This document shows, piece by piece, positions 51,150-64,000 of a stretch of 64,000 bases of DNA (position 1 is its first letter; every line of letters starts with the position of its first letter). The translations under genes were made by a program, and so were the position numbers. The stretch lies in NCBI RefSeq assembly GCF_009914755.1, contig NC_060934.1. One strand, written 5' to 3'. The DNA is from the human T2T-CHM13v2.0 reference genome, Homo sapiens. A model generated the notes under the pieces. It searched no databases. It saw only the letters and a program-made list of their open reading frames with translations, and had not been told where the DNA came from.

Positions 51150-53096
51150 TGAATTCAGTCACTTAGCAAGGACCGAGGAAGGAGGGGATTCTGTTAGCCA
51201 ACACTTACAGAAAGAAGAGGCAGGTGTGGGAAGTTACAGGGAGTCATTCCTACGACAAGTTTCTAGAGGAAGAGATGGAATTGCAGCAGAGAAACCCTGT
51301 TTTCACCCTTTAGTTTCTAGCGTGGCTGATAATCTTGGCAGGAGTCGTAGACTGAGGTTGCGTCCTTTCTCCTGCACCACCGGCAGGGGGCAGCATCACG
51401 GCTCTGTGCTCTCTGTTTCACACTCTTGCTCTGGCATTCTAGTAGTGAAAAGAAAGGAGAGGAGCCTCATTTCCCCTCCCTCCCTGGTTTTCATACCACT
51501 AAGCCAACAAGATCTTTCCTTCTGGCCCCACCAAAGAGAAAAAACATAGGCAATGCTAATGACGCAACACAAAAAGTCACACGAATGATGTTAACTACAG
51601 ATTACTAGCGAAGGATTCTTCTCACATGAGAATTAGGTTTTCAGTGTGTTTCATTTGCATTAAACATTTGTTAGAGATTGCAGAATGTTTACTCAGGTAC
51701 CTTTGCTGATAGTAGACTGTTTCATTTTGGTGATGTCTGAAAGGCAACAATATAATAATAAGAAAATGCCAAGGTTCCTATTTCTATAAACATTATATAG
51801 TAGAATATATTCTTTCTATGTAGAATAATTGTTTTGCTAAATATGCAGATATGCCCAGACCAGAAACCATTTACCATTAAGTTGTCTCATGCATTAAGAC
51901 AACTGAGCCCCCTCCTCCAAATATCTGCTCCTCAGCAGAAATTTGAGTTGTCTCCAGTCATAGTTCAGTTTTGTGAGCCTCCATCACTGGTTATACTGCA
52001 AATATAATACCAAACTGTCTGCCCCCAAATATAATACCAAACTACATCATTTAGTATTTGTCCTTAGTAATAGTTGATTGCTCCATACCACCAATTAAAA
52101 GCCAGTTTGCTACACCTGAAACCCCATGAGCTAATATGAGAGACATATCTCATCAGATAGTAAGAGGGGAAAAAATTAAAAGGAGTCAAGACAATTTCTC
52201 TGCAAAGTCATGGGAATGTGAATTTTTTATATTAACTTATTCTTCCCCATGGTTTTCTTCCCCATTACAGTTGCAGTAATGCCCCATAGAACTAATTGAT
52301 TCAGATATGAAATAAAAATCACACCTAAGAAATCAACTAATCTAGATGTCATATGCCCCTATAAGTAGTTAGTCCACTAGAAAACAAATTTGCTCTTTCA
52401 TAAATTACTCCTGTGCTTTTTCTGTACTTCTGAGAATAAGAAAGGAAAAGCCTTTTTAGAAATTATTATTATACTGTAGATTTCACATAAAGAAATAACA
52501 AAAAATTATTATAGATGGTTTTGATTTGCAAGTAACAAAATGAACAGGTGGGAGAAGGATTTTCTGATTTATTTTCATTTGGGAAATTTAGTCCTATACC
52601 ACTGAATTTCTAAGATAGTTGCATGTATTTTTAACAATCCACATATGCAGAGGTGGAGTATCATTGGAAAAGGGGACCACACCAGGCTCTGTTCCAGTAG
52701 ACTGTGATACCTGGGGCAATGTCTTCACCACCTTAGGCCTTAGATGCCTCAGATATGTAATCAAAAGTTCTGCGAAGTGTTTGGTGATGTTCTTCCTCTA
52801 CTTCCAGCACTAAGATCTGTAATGTATGACCACTTAAGCCCACTACCACTACATGAGTATTTCCCCCTTCATTGAAAGATCGCTCTGACTGGATGATTCT
52901 CAAACAGGCCTTGTAGTTATGCTGTGACTTGTTGAAGCTTGTCCAGTTAAGGCTTCCGTATGTGACTATTAGATGCCTTACTAACCACATGCCTTTGATT
53001 ATTGTTGTGACCATCTCCACTTTCTCCAGCAGGGATAGAGAACAGAAATCTACCTGCTGTGGGAAGCACCGTTACCAGCCTCTTAGGGGGCCTAAA

Positions 53097-53250
53097 AGGT
53101 TTCCTAGCTTCTCGTAATAATGGGTCTTTTTGAGAATCAGATGAAAGCTATCACCTCTGAAAAATAAAACGTGCTCTCAAAATTCTGCACAACTGCAAGA
53201 GTTTCACAAGTTTCCTGAGACCCTCATAGGCATCCTAGATTAGGAACCCA
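53097..53250. mobile_element. Charlie4-like short hAT fossil
   Basis: ttttgagaatcagatgaaagctat ... gattaggaaccc; by eye. Confidence 0.5.
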
Positions 53251-53897
53251 TCTCTAAAGTCAGGGTGCCCGGTTTATCTCTGTGATCTCTCATCCTTGGT
53301 TTTCATGCCCATTAAATAAAGGAATTAATCTAACACCATTTGGGCTATAAAAATGAGATAATGCCTAGCCACAGAATTATTGCAAGAAAACGCTAAGGAA
53401 GTTGCAAATGAGAGTTATTTATCTGAGAAATTGTAACTCTGCCTTTTGGGTAATAAATTCTTAATATTTTTCTCCCAACCTTGTTGTTTACCTTGTGTCT
53501 AGTTTTGAACATACACTGCAGACAAATTTGAATTTACAACTTAACGCAGACATATTCTATGACAATGACAGCACAATTCCAAGAAATTAATCTGTTTCTG
53601 TACATTTGAAATGAAGTCATATTGGGAGTATTACAGCAGTCAGTAACTGAAAATATGTAACATGAATGTGTCAGCCCTTGGCATGATTCACATTAATAAT
53701 GTTTACATTTCGTTTACTGCTAGTCCTTGCATTGTTCCACAGTCAAAATATTAAATCTATAGAGCATTTCCTGTTTCATTTATTTATAATCTAAGCTGCT
53801 GTTATTTGTGCTTTGCTTCATGCCTTTGTTTAATTTATCTGGTGTTTGTCTTAATTTTCTCCTTCCTTTACCCCTTTCTGATTCTGTTTTTCTGTAG

Positions 53898-53939
53898 CAG
53901 ATGTCCTTACTGCCTCCCCTGCTCCTAACGGTCAGGAAG
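53898..53939 (+). CDS. PLCE1: Putative alternative cassette microexon of PLCE1 (42 nt from TAG, or 39 nt from CAG starting 53901) encoding (A)DVLTASPAPNGQE
   Basis: Long pyrimidine tract, tandem TAGCAG acceptor and donor GAAG|GTAAAT; phase 1-1 and stop-free between the exons ending 51018 and starting 54897; predicted from sequence only. Confidence 0.65.
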
Positions 53940-54896
53940 GTAAATGCCATTTGAACGGGGCATTTTAACTGCATGGATGTCAGCATTCTGTTTCCAATTT
54001 CTTGGGCCCGGTTAGCATGACGTTGTGATACTTCTGTGAATACAAATGTAATGAAATGATTTATCTCATTTACTTCTTGTCAGCCTGCATGGCCCTGATT
54101 TGGTATAAGGTCCTTTTGGTCTAATCGTTTGTGCTCTGATGATGCGATACTAAATCTTGAGTGAGAAATTAGCTTTCTTGTTTTTCATTTTAAAAGGTCA
54201 TCATCACGATACACTTCTAATACCTTTAGAGTCATTCCAAATAGAAAAGCAAAAAAAGAGCAAAATATAAGATTATATCTTATGATATAATATTCAGATA
54301 TATTTTATTTTCTGTTATGATTATCACTTAGTAAATTAATAACAATCATGAAAACTTTACTTTTTAATTATAATTGTGAAGACTTTGCATTGCACCCAAT
54401 AATAAGTCTTTCCCCCTAGGTTTTGGCATTTCTCAAGGTAAAAGAAGTAAATAGCTTCATTTCAAAGTGAGAGTGAGTCAATCATGTATGTACCTTCTAG
54501 AAGTGCTTCAGCCACTAAATCCTTCCCAAACGTGTGTGCTGTCAGCTTCTTGACACGGGGTATCTTCCATAATATTTGCACAGTTCCAATCATCTGTATG
54601 AAAATTGGCATCTTCATTTAGATTATGTCTATATGCCAGATTATTTTGAATCATTTAAATTATGTATATAAGTGACAAAAACTACTGGTAAATAAATCAA
54701 TTAAATTGAAAATAACTGCATCAACCCAATTTTTACAGTTATGCTTCAAGCCATCATTTTGTTAACATACTATATAGTTAGAGCCTCATTCTTATAGATA
54801 AGTACAAGTATCTGGATGTCCTCACAGTGATGCACATGTAGCTCTTAAGTGAAGCATTGGGTTCGTTTTCACTGAAGTCTGCTAACTTATTTTCAG

Positions 54897-55018
54897 ACAA
54901 CATTCTGGAAGACAGACCTGAAAATAAATCATGTAATGACAAGCTTCAGTTTGAATATAATGAAGAAATCCCAAAGAGGATAAAGAAAGCAGATAACTCT
55001 GCTTGCAACAAAGGAAAG
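54897..55018 (+). CDS. PLCE1: PLCE1 coding exon (recalled exon 21), X-Y linker
   Basis: attttcAG|acaac and ggaaag|GTgggt; encodes [41 protein letters not shown]; 122 nt, phase 1 to 0. Confidence 0.95.
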
Positions 55019-55882
55019 GTGGGTGAACGGTTTCTGTTAAATGACACTTTGACCATGTGGTACTCTTGTCAGTTTCAGATGAGATTCCACTTGCTCCCTG
55101 TCCCTCCCTTTCACCTTTCCCCTCACTTTCCCTTAGATACCTGCCAAAGTTCACTTGGTGATATTAAAAGACACCCACCTTCCATTTGTGGAAAGTTAGT
55201 CACTGATTCATCCAGCCAATACCTACTAATGGTGTATGTGTGGCAGGTACTGAAGTGGCACAGAGGTGGTTTAGTGATGAAGGCAGACATGTCAACTGTG
55301 TTGAATGTAAGTGCATAGAACAGTGATTATACTGTGTTATCAGAGAATCAAGGACAGGCTCTCAGGGAAGATGAGGTTTCAGAAGGAAGATTTGGCTAAA
55401 CAGACAAAAACAGAACATTCGGGCCAAGAGGGCAGCCTGGTATGTCCAGGGAATTGCAAGAAGTTTTAAAGGCATTTGGGATGACCAAGAAGATAAACGG
55501 GCCAGATAGCAGAGGAATGACACTGAGAATAGGAAGATAAATGAGATACCCAGACCCTATCCTCAAGTGCCTCACAGTTTATAGACTCTGAGCAAATCTT
55601 TAGACGCAGTTGCAGTGACATTGTTGGACAATGGAATTGTAAGATATGTCAAAAATTTGAGCCACGGAAGATACATAGTCAATCCTCTATTTATTTAACA
55701 AAGATTTATTGACCATTCCACATGTAAGACAGTGGACCATGCACTGAGGGAAGATGGAGGATGAATTAGACTCACCTCCTGCCCTCAGAAAGCTTTTACT
55801 CTAGGAAAGCTGTTGGGACATGTATATGGATAATTACCATGCAAGGGGAAATACAGTAATAACACCAGAGGAGGACAGATAA

Positions 55883-56095
<213 letters not shown>

Positions 56096-56157
56096 TAACT
56101 TTTAAAGATATCAAAGGTTAAAAATATGCCATTTATTTAATTGGGCATTGTGAACAC

Positions 56158-58484
56158 TCTCAAAATAACTAAATTGTGTTGCTGAAATCATTGTTATAAT
56201 ACCTCCTAAATATCTTTATTATTATAATTTGCCTTGATGCTCATGAAGAAAAATACCATAAAGTATTCATTTTTCAGGTCACACAATGTCTTTTTATAAT
56301 AGTTAATAATTATAAAAGTTATAATACTCATAATTTCTAATTGCTAAATGTATTAAATACTTAAGTACTAGGATTTGTGCTATTTTACGTACATCTCCTT
56401 TACCGTTCATAATGATTCTACAAGGTAGGCGGTATTATCTCCATTTTAAAATAAAGTCTGAGAGGGATGAAGTAATTTGCCCCAAGTTTCAGAGTATATC
56501 AGTCAAGATTCTTTTGTTTGAAAGTGGCAGAAATTGACCTAAGTAAAGGGAACTTTATTGACTCATGTGCTTAAAAATGAAGACACACAGGTTTCAGGTA
56601 TAGCTTAACCAAGGTACATGCTTTCTCTTTCCTCATTTCTCATTCCGCCTCCATCATGTTGGCTTTCTCCCCTTTATTCCCTTCTGGTTGCGAGACGGCT
56701 ACAGCAGGCCAGCACTACATGCTTCCAGTTTCAGCTTCAGTGTAAGAGTCTCTTCCAGAACTTCCCGCAGAAGTGTCATTGTTTCTCATTGGGTCCTTTA
56801 CCAATCACTGTGGCCAGGAGATGCAGTGCTCTGATGGTCTGGATCCCATGTCACATTCTCCACTCTGAGCTGGGTAGCAAGGCCCCACCCAAACCACAAG
56901 GACCAAGGATGGCGTTGAAGTGGAAGGAGAGATTTCCCCCAATTGACCGTTTTTAGAAGTACAGTGGACAGGCTGATGAACCACTTTCCAAAAACAGTGT
57001 CCTTTTCAATTAATGAATGGTAGACCTATGGCTCTGAAGCCTGTCTGTCTCCAAAGTCCTGCCCTTACCCGTTATACTGCCTGGCCTCTCTTGTTTCGGG
57101 CTGTTTTCAATGAGGTACTCAATTATGTGTCCCACAAATGGGGCACCAGGGGGTAGAAGACAAACAAGAAAGTCCCTAAGTACATGGAACTCAGAAAAAT
57201 TCATCTCCTCATACTAAGAAAAAGGATTCTCTTGAATATAATTTCTGAGAACAGGAAAGTGGCTGAGATAGGAGGATCAGTCTAAATGTTAGTAAACAGG
57301 ATTTATAGACTTGGCCTGGAGAGAGGCACTAAAATGCCCTCATCTTTTCAAGATGGGCTGAACTCAGGTCCCTCCCAGAGCATATCTTAAGCACCTGGTC
57401 TCACACAGTGCCTGACAAATGGGCCAGAGGCATTGGGCTATTTAAAAATTAGGCAAACTGGGTGTAGTGGTGCGTGCCTGTAATCCCAGCTACCAGGGAG
57501 GCTGAGCAGGAGAAATGCTTGAGTCTAGGAGTTCAAGCCCAGCCTGGGCAAGATATATAGCAAGACCTCATCTCTAAAAAATAATAATTAAATTTTTAAA
57601 ATCACAGTTAGGTAATAGTGAGCTTTTCACACATCAGAGTAAAAAAAATCATATTATTTAATGATATGATAAAAATCATATATTTCATGATATTAAAATC
57701 ATTTTAATTGTAAGTTTTCTCCTATAAGCTGTTTTTAAACTTTTGGCAGCTGCTACTGCTTGTCTGCTAGCAAATCCTGTTGAGGAGGATATGAATCAAT
57801 AAGTAGCCAGCAAAGATTTCAGAGAAATGCAGGAACCTGGCCATTTAAGTTTAATTTCACAGACCATGACCTCATGGCATATAAGTACAATATGACCATT
57901 ATTTGCAACTGGCAAAACTCTTTTTCTGATGGAGTAAAACCCTTTACCTGTCAAAGAGCCTGGAGGCTGGCATGTCCTTCATTGCAGGAACAAGGATGAG
58001 CGCCACTCTGTCCAAGAATCACACCCACTGCAGCTCTTATTCTTTATAAATGCAGCGGATGCCACACTCGGACCATTCCACTGGCTTTGTCTTTTCTTCT
58101 CAAGCACTCAGTAAATAAGGAGCACAAATTCCCAAAGATATTTGAAGTCTGTGTGAAAGATAAAGTCTCTGTACCAGTAGAGAATCGTGGAAGATCAGGA
58201 GGTCATGTGATAGAGCTTCTAAGCATGTGGTTGTTCGGCTTATTTTAAAAATTCCAAGTATGTTGTTTTTTAAAAGTGTTCACATAGCATACATTTCTTC
58301 ATAGGTATAGTGTATTTTCTCTTTAGAAAAATGAAATTTCTTACATTTTTTCCCTGATTTTATTTCCTGTCTCAAAATAGCTAAATTGGATTGCCAGAAT
58401 GATTGTTATAATACCTTCTAAATATTTCTTTTTACAATCATTTGTTTGATGCACATGAGGAAAATACTATAAACTGTTCATTTT
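56158..58484 (+). repeat. Degenerate direct repeat of about 115 bp (copies 56158-56273 and 58370-58484)
   Basis: Shared blocks tctcaaaata.ctaaattg, attgttataatacct.ctaaatat, ttgatgc.catga.gaaaa and ataaa...ttcatttt. Confidence 0.85.
57458..57590 (+). mobile_element. Alu monomer (FLAM/FRAM-like)
   Basis: Single monomer with an A-rich tail. Confidence 0.8.
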
Positions 58485-59184
58485 GCTATGCCGTTTATTT
58501 TAATTTTGCTACATTATCAATTTCAGTGTATGTCACCTTTCATCATCCCAAGTCCCTTCTTACAAGCCATATGCAAAAAAAAAAAAAAAACCCTTCATTG
58601 CAATGAGGCACTCAACAATCATGTGGTATGAGGCCCACAGAAAGGAAGGAACTTCCCCACCATCAGAAGCTAGGTCAGTGGCAGGGCAAGAGCCAGAATT
58701 CCTGTCAGCTCCCAGGGGTGGGCTCTTTGCACCACACTATGGAAGTAGTTGAATTTTTTCGACCTGCTTTCTCTTAGGGTTTATTTCTCGGTTGCATTTA
58801 GTACTTCTATTGTCCTGGGTTTTTTTCTCCTTCTAATAGAAAAAAAAAAGGATATGGTATTTTTATTTTATGACCCCATCAACCTAGTTTCCAATATCTT
58901 CCCACAAGCTCCCCTGCATCCCCCACTCTCCTCAGGCACCTACATACACTGCCGTCTTTCTAGTGCCAGGCCATTGCTCAGAGTGTTCTCAACCTTGCCT
59001 GGCCTTCCTTCTCCCCTTGGCCCCATTCCAAATTCCAAGGACGGGGTCCTTGGAAAGTATCTGAGACTCTTCAACTCATTGTGACATCTCCTTTCTGGAG
59101 CTCCTTCATTTATAGGCATATGTTTGGGTACCTCCTAGATACCCAGTTGTTCCACAGTTAGGAGTGCAACCTTGTTCTTTTATT

Positions 59185-59404
59185 TTGAATTTTTTTATTT
59201 TGACAGCTTTAGTGGTACAAGTAGTTTTTGGTTACATGGATGAATTGTATAGTGATGAAGTCTGGGATTTTAGCGCACCTGTCACCCAAGTCGTGTAAGT
59301 CATACCCACCAGGTAGTTTTTCATCCCTCACCTCCCTCCCACTCTCATTCTGAGTCTCCAATGTCCATTACGCTGCTCTGTATGCCTTGACATACCCATA
59401 GCTT
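59185..59404 (-). mobile_element. LINE-1 3' end (L1PB-like)
   Basis: tttttggttacatggatgaattgtatagtgatgaagtctgggattttag ... acccatagctta. Confidence 0.8.
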
Positions 59405-60523
59405 AAAAGATTACAACCCTGTAAGACAAAAATTATTCAGTGGTGACAAGATCATCAGATAAGATCGTGGGTCAGAGACCTGGGCTCTTGGCTACCATGC
59501 TTTGTGATTTGGCCAAGGCAAATCTCTCTGAGCCTTTCTCACTCAAAAGTGGAGTTGACTAGAATCCTTGTTTACTACACTTGCTGAAATCTCCAGAATC
59601 ACCCAGGCCACTTGATTAACATACCCAGTCTCAGGCCTCTCTACCAGGGATTTACATTTGGAAGGCACTGGGAGGTCCTGGTCCCTGGGTTTCTAAGGCA
59701 GGCAATTCAGGAGCAGGTAGAGCCAGATGATCTGGAAGTCTGATTCTGAGGGGGATTTTGCCTCATTCTCCTTTGGATCCACCACACAGTCCACAGAGCA
59801 GGTGCCCAGGGATTCCATGGTGAGGCTCGTCCGGAAGATTCTGTGACTTCCAGGGCTCATTTTTATTCCTACACTGAAGGAGCCACATGGGGAGAGCCTT
59901 GCAAGTGTCAGTCCATTCCCTGGACACACACTGTCATTTTCTCAGCACTGAGAGACAAGCTTTGTTCATCAAACAGTGGTTTGCTAACAAGCCATTTGAA
60001 TGACAAAAGTAGAACCCTGCTGCCTTGGACAGCTTTGGGCTAGCTGGGTGTAGGTCCCTGGCACTGAGAGTTGCCTCCCCCACAGAGAGCCTTGGCCATC
60101 CCCCATGGCTGTTCTGGGTTACTCAGACCCACAGTAGTGCTGCAGGTTGGAACACCTTGGAGGGCAAAGGGATGCATTTCAAGAAATGAGAGGGCTTGGA
60201 ACAGAACTCTCGGGAGAATGTCAACCAACACACCACTGAGAGGTAGCCCTGTTCACTGAAACTTAATTACCCTCGGTGCCTCCCAATATCTTGCAAAACC
60301 AGTGAACACAGCTTTTCGGACCTATAGTGACTGGGTAAGATGAGGCCCTGCAGAGCATGGCAGGCAAGGCACTCAGGAAGGAAAAGTAGCCGTGTGACCC
60401 TGAGTGGCTCTCGGACCATCCCCAGACTCAGCTTCTCTCCTGATTTTAGCAGTGCCAATATGTTGAATCCTCTGATGTCTCTGGGAGAGCATCCAGAAGA
60501 AAGCCTAGCACTGATTATATTTA

Positions 60524-62150
60524 CAGTAATGCATCACTTAATCAGGGAGAGACATTCTGAGAATGCTTCATTAGATTATTTTGTCATTGTGTGAAACATC
60601 ATAGAGTGAACTTAGACAAAGCTACAGTGTAGCCTGCTACACACCTAGGCTAGATGGTGTAGCCTGTTGCTCCTAAGCTACCAGCCTGTACGGCATGTTA
60701 CTGCACTGAATACGGTAGGTAAGTGTAACACAATGATAAGTATTTGTGCGTTTAAACATACCTAAACAGACAAGGTACAGTAAAATTATGACATAAAAGA
60801 TTTAAAATGGTACATCTGTATAGGGCACTTATCATGAATGAAGCTTGCAAGACTGGAAGTTGCTCTAGGTGGATCAGTGAGTGAGTGATGAGTGAATGTG
60901 AAGACCTGGGACATTACTGTACATGACTATCGACTTTATAAACACTGTACACTAAGGCTACACTACATTTATAAATAAAAATTTTTCTTCAAAAATAAAT
61001 TAACCTTAGCTTACTGTAACTTTATATTTTATAAATTTTTATTTTTTTAACTTTTTGACTCTTTTGTAATAACACTTAGCTTAAAACACAAACACATTGT
61101 ACAACTGTATAAAAATGTTTTCTTTCTTATCTTATTTTTATTTTTTAATTAAAGACCTGGCCTTGCTCTGTCATCCAGGCTGGAGTGCAGTGGTGGAATC
61201 ATGGCTCACCGTAACCTTGAACTCCCAGGCTCAAGTGATCCTCCCACCCTAGTCTTCTGAGTGGCTAGGACTACAGGCATGTGCCACCAATACCTGGCTA
61301 ATTTTTCTTTTTTTTTTTAGAGACAAGGGTCTCACTATGTTGCCCAAGCTGATCTCCTGGACTGATCTGCCTTGGCCTCCCAAAATGCTGGAAATACAGG
61401 CATGAGCCATCGCACCCGGCCATTTTCTTTCTTATTTTTCTCCTTTTTTTTTTTTCCCATTCTGTGACTCCAGCCAAAGACATTTTCTTTCTTTATTCTG
61501 TAAGATTTTCTCTATTTTTAATTTTTTTTACTTCATTTTATTTTTTATTTTTTTACTTTTTAAACTTTTTTATTAAAAACAGATACAAGCACCCACATTA
61601 GCCTCGATCTACACAGAGTCAAGATCACCAATATCATTGTCTTCCACTTCCACCTCTTGTCCTACTGAAGGTCTTCAGGGACAATAACAAGCATGGAGCT
61701 ATCATCTCCCATGATAACAACGCTTTCTTCTGGAATACTTCCTGAAGGACCTGCCTGAGGCTGTTTTACAGTTAACATATATATATATATGTAACTTAAA
61801 AAAAAGTATATATATATATACACACACACATATATACACATGTAATGTAGAATGAGTATACTCTAAAATAATGATAAAAAGTATAGTAAATATATAAACC
61901 AGTAACATATTTATTATTATTACCAAGTATGTTCTGTACATAATTGTATGTGCTAGACTTCTATATGACTGGCAGTGCAGCAGATTTGTTTACACCAATC
62001 TAATCACAAGCACTTGAGTAATGTGTTATGCTATGGATGTTAGGACAGCAGAAGGTGATAGGAATTTCTCAGCTCCAGTACAATCTTAAATGGGACCACC
62101 ATCATATACGTGGTCTGTTGACCTAAATGTTGCTATATGGCTAATGACTG
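60524..62150. mobile_element. Tigger3-family (Tigger3b-like) TcMar transposon fossil, interrupted by an antisense Alu at about 61131-61421
   Basis: Ends cagtaatgc... / ...taatgactg flanked by TA TSDs; internal gcctgctacacacctaggctagatggtgtagcctgttgctccta. Confidence 0.85.
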
Positions 62151-62269
62151 TACATCGCTTGTCTAGTTAGGGAGTTGATTTCAAAGCTTCCAGACAGATT
62201 AGGATTTCTGAAGGAAGATACCATCATATGCACTGGAGTCAATTTATTCTTTTTTTTTAAGTAATTCTT

Positions 62270-62392
62270 TTTCTTTTTAGAGACAGAGTCTTGCTAAGTT
62301 GCCCAGGCTGGCCTCAAACTCCTGGGCTCAAGCGATTCTCCTGCCTCAGCCTCCCAAGTCGCTGGGACTACTGGTGTGCACCACTGCATCTG
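62270..62392 (-). mobile_element. Alu monomer
   Basis: Reverse monomer. Confidence 0.8.
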
Positions 62393-62774
62393 GTTCTGGA
62401 GTTGGTGTATTCCTAAATACCTAGATGGCTTCTGCTCAAACTTCCATCTCGAAGCTTTAGTCATGTCAGATGTTCCAACATCTATATCTAAAATAAGCAT
62501 TCTTATTCACAATCACAAGTAAAAACACAGATGAGAGGAAGACCCTAAAATTAACTAGAGACTCAGCTGAGGAAGAGAGGCAGCCACCAGGCTAACCATG
62601 TGGATTTAAATCCCAGCTCTGTCTCTCCATGACCTTGACTTGAACAGTTATGTATTATAGCTGCTCTGCACCTGGGATTCCCTATCTGTAAAAGGGGTGT
62701 AACAGTCCTAACTTAAAGGATTGCTGTAAAAAGTAGCAATAAAGTATCTAGTGTGATTAGCACATCGTCGGGAG

Positions 62775-62888
62775 CATGGTGGGTGGATCACTTGAGGTCA
62801 GGAGTTCAAGATCAGCCTGGACAACATGGTGAAATGCCGTCTCTACTAAAAATACAAAAATTAGTGGTGCACACCTGTAATCCCAGCT
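62775..62888 (+). mobile_element. Internally deleted Alu fragment following a MIR
   Basis: ggtggatcacttgaggtcaggagttcaag...ctactaaaaatacaaaaattag-tggtgcacacctgtaatcccagct. Confidence 0.8.
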
Positions 62889-63389
62889 TTCTGGAAATGT
62901 TGTTATCGGTAAGTGAGCCAACGGGGTAGATGAAGGTTCTTTGTTGCTTCTTCATTATTTTTCTGGGCCCCTTCTCACAATTCAAAATCCTTCCCCTTCT
63001 TTGATCACTCAGCCCTTGTTTACATTCTTCCCCTCCCCATCCCAAAAGAATAACCAGGCTCTTCACTGAAGTACCCACATTCTGGTAGAAGATATTGACA
63101 TGTGGCAGGATACAGGCAAAAGTCCAGAATGAACAGAGCCCCTCCCCACTGGTCCCTCATCAGTTTTACTTGGGAGAAAATCCATTATTAAGTAATTGTG
63201 TCAAGAGCAAAATGTACACAAATATTAAGATCAAGGTATGAGAACTCAATAGTCTAAGTTTGTGCATGTTTGCTATTATGAATACTTTGGAGGTAAAAGA
63301 AAACCTTAGAAGCCCCACATTAAGCTATAATAATAACAGCTACTATGGACTGAGCACTTCCCTGAACAAGACACACTACTAAGTATGGA

Positions 63390-63612
63390 CAAGTTGAGCA
63401 TCCCTAATCCAAAATGCTCCAAAATCCAAAACTGTTTGAACGCTGACATGATACTCAAAGGAAATGCTCATGGGAGCATTTCGGATTTTGGATTCTCAGA
63501 CTGGGGATCCTCAACCAGGTGAGTATGATACAAATATTCCAAAATCCGAAGAAATCTGAAATCTGAAACACTTTCATGTCCCAAGCATTTCAGATAAGGG
63601 ATATTCAGCCTG
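63390..63612. mobile_element. Tigger4a-like (MER46) fossil inserted in a MIR (about 63330-63770)
   Basis: TIR-like caagttgagcatccct / agggatattcagcctg; repeated aaatcc(g/a)aa motifs. Confidence 0.8.
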
Positions 63613-64000
63613 TATATGTATATTATCTTGTTTATTCCTAACCACAGCCCACTTACAGATGAGGAGGGAGTGTTCTAGAGAGGTTAAGTAACTTGTGTGA
63701 GATTGCCCTGCTAGGAACAGATTTTAAATCCAGCTGTCTCACTCCAAAGTCTATGCTCTTAAACACTACTCTATCCTGTCTCCTCTGATGATGTTCTTGG
63801 AATGTGTATTATCATCTGAAATACGACCTCCTGAATGCTGCTTCAGCTTAGGGAATTACTCTCCAAAGGTACAGTTATGACAGTGGGAACAATTTGGAGG
63901 CAATTCTGGCCTCACTGGTGCCTTCAGCTCACTCTTTTTACATTGGAGCCAGGTCTATGTGGTTTGCATTCATTTCCTCTTTCAGCAAATATGTATTCAG

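Overview
Primate (almost certainly human) genomic DNA from the interior of PLCE1 (phospholipase C epsilon 1), + strand. I traced 17 consecutive coding exons (5156-56072), all with GT-AG boundaries and matching phases. They join into one uninterrupted 3080-nt frame covering the end of the CDC25/RasGEF domain, the PH/EF-hand region, the catalytic X box, the acidic X-Y linker and the start of the Y box. From memory these are exons 6-22 (about codons 652-1679) of the 2302-aa reference isoform; that numbering is recalled, not looked up. No start or stop codon of the gene lies in the window. The introns carry about 30 Alu/FLAM copies, MaLR LTRs (THE1/MST/MLT), a solo MER11 ERV LTR with a perfect 6-bp TSD, L1/L2/MIR fragments, DNA-transposon fossils (MER1B, MER3, MER5, Tigger3, Tigger4a) and microsatellites. 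Repeat subfamily names are by eye. There are no prokaryotic-type systems, CRISPR arrays, tRNA or rRNA. The best candidate for something under-described is a frame-preserving 39/42-nt cassette microexon (53898/53901-53939) in the autoinhibitory X-Y linker, flanked by RBFOX and MBNL-type motifs. Also notable are a 63-bp-arm intronic hairpin (18348-18531), two in-frame 48-nt alternative splice sites in one exon, and an old local duplication that may include a decayed exon copy.
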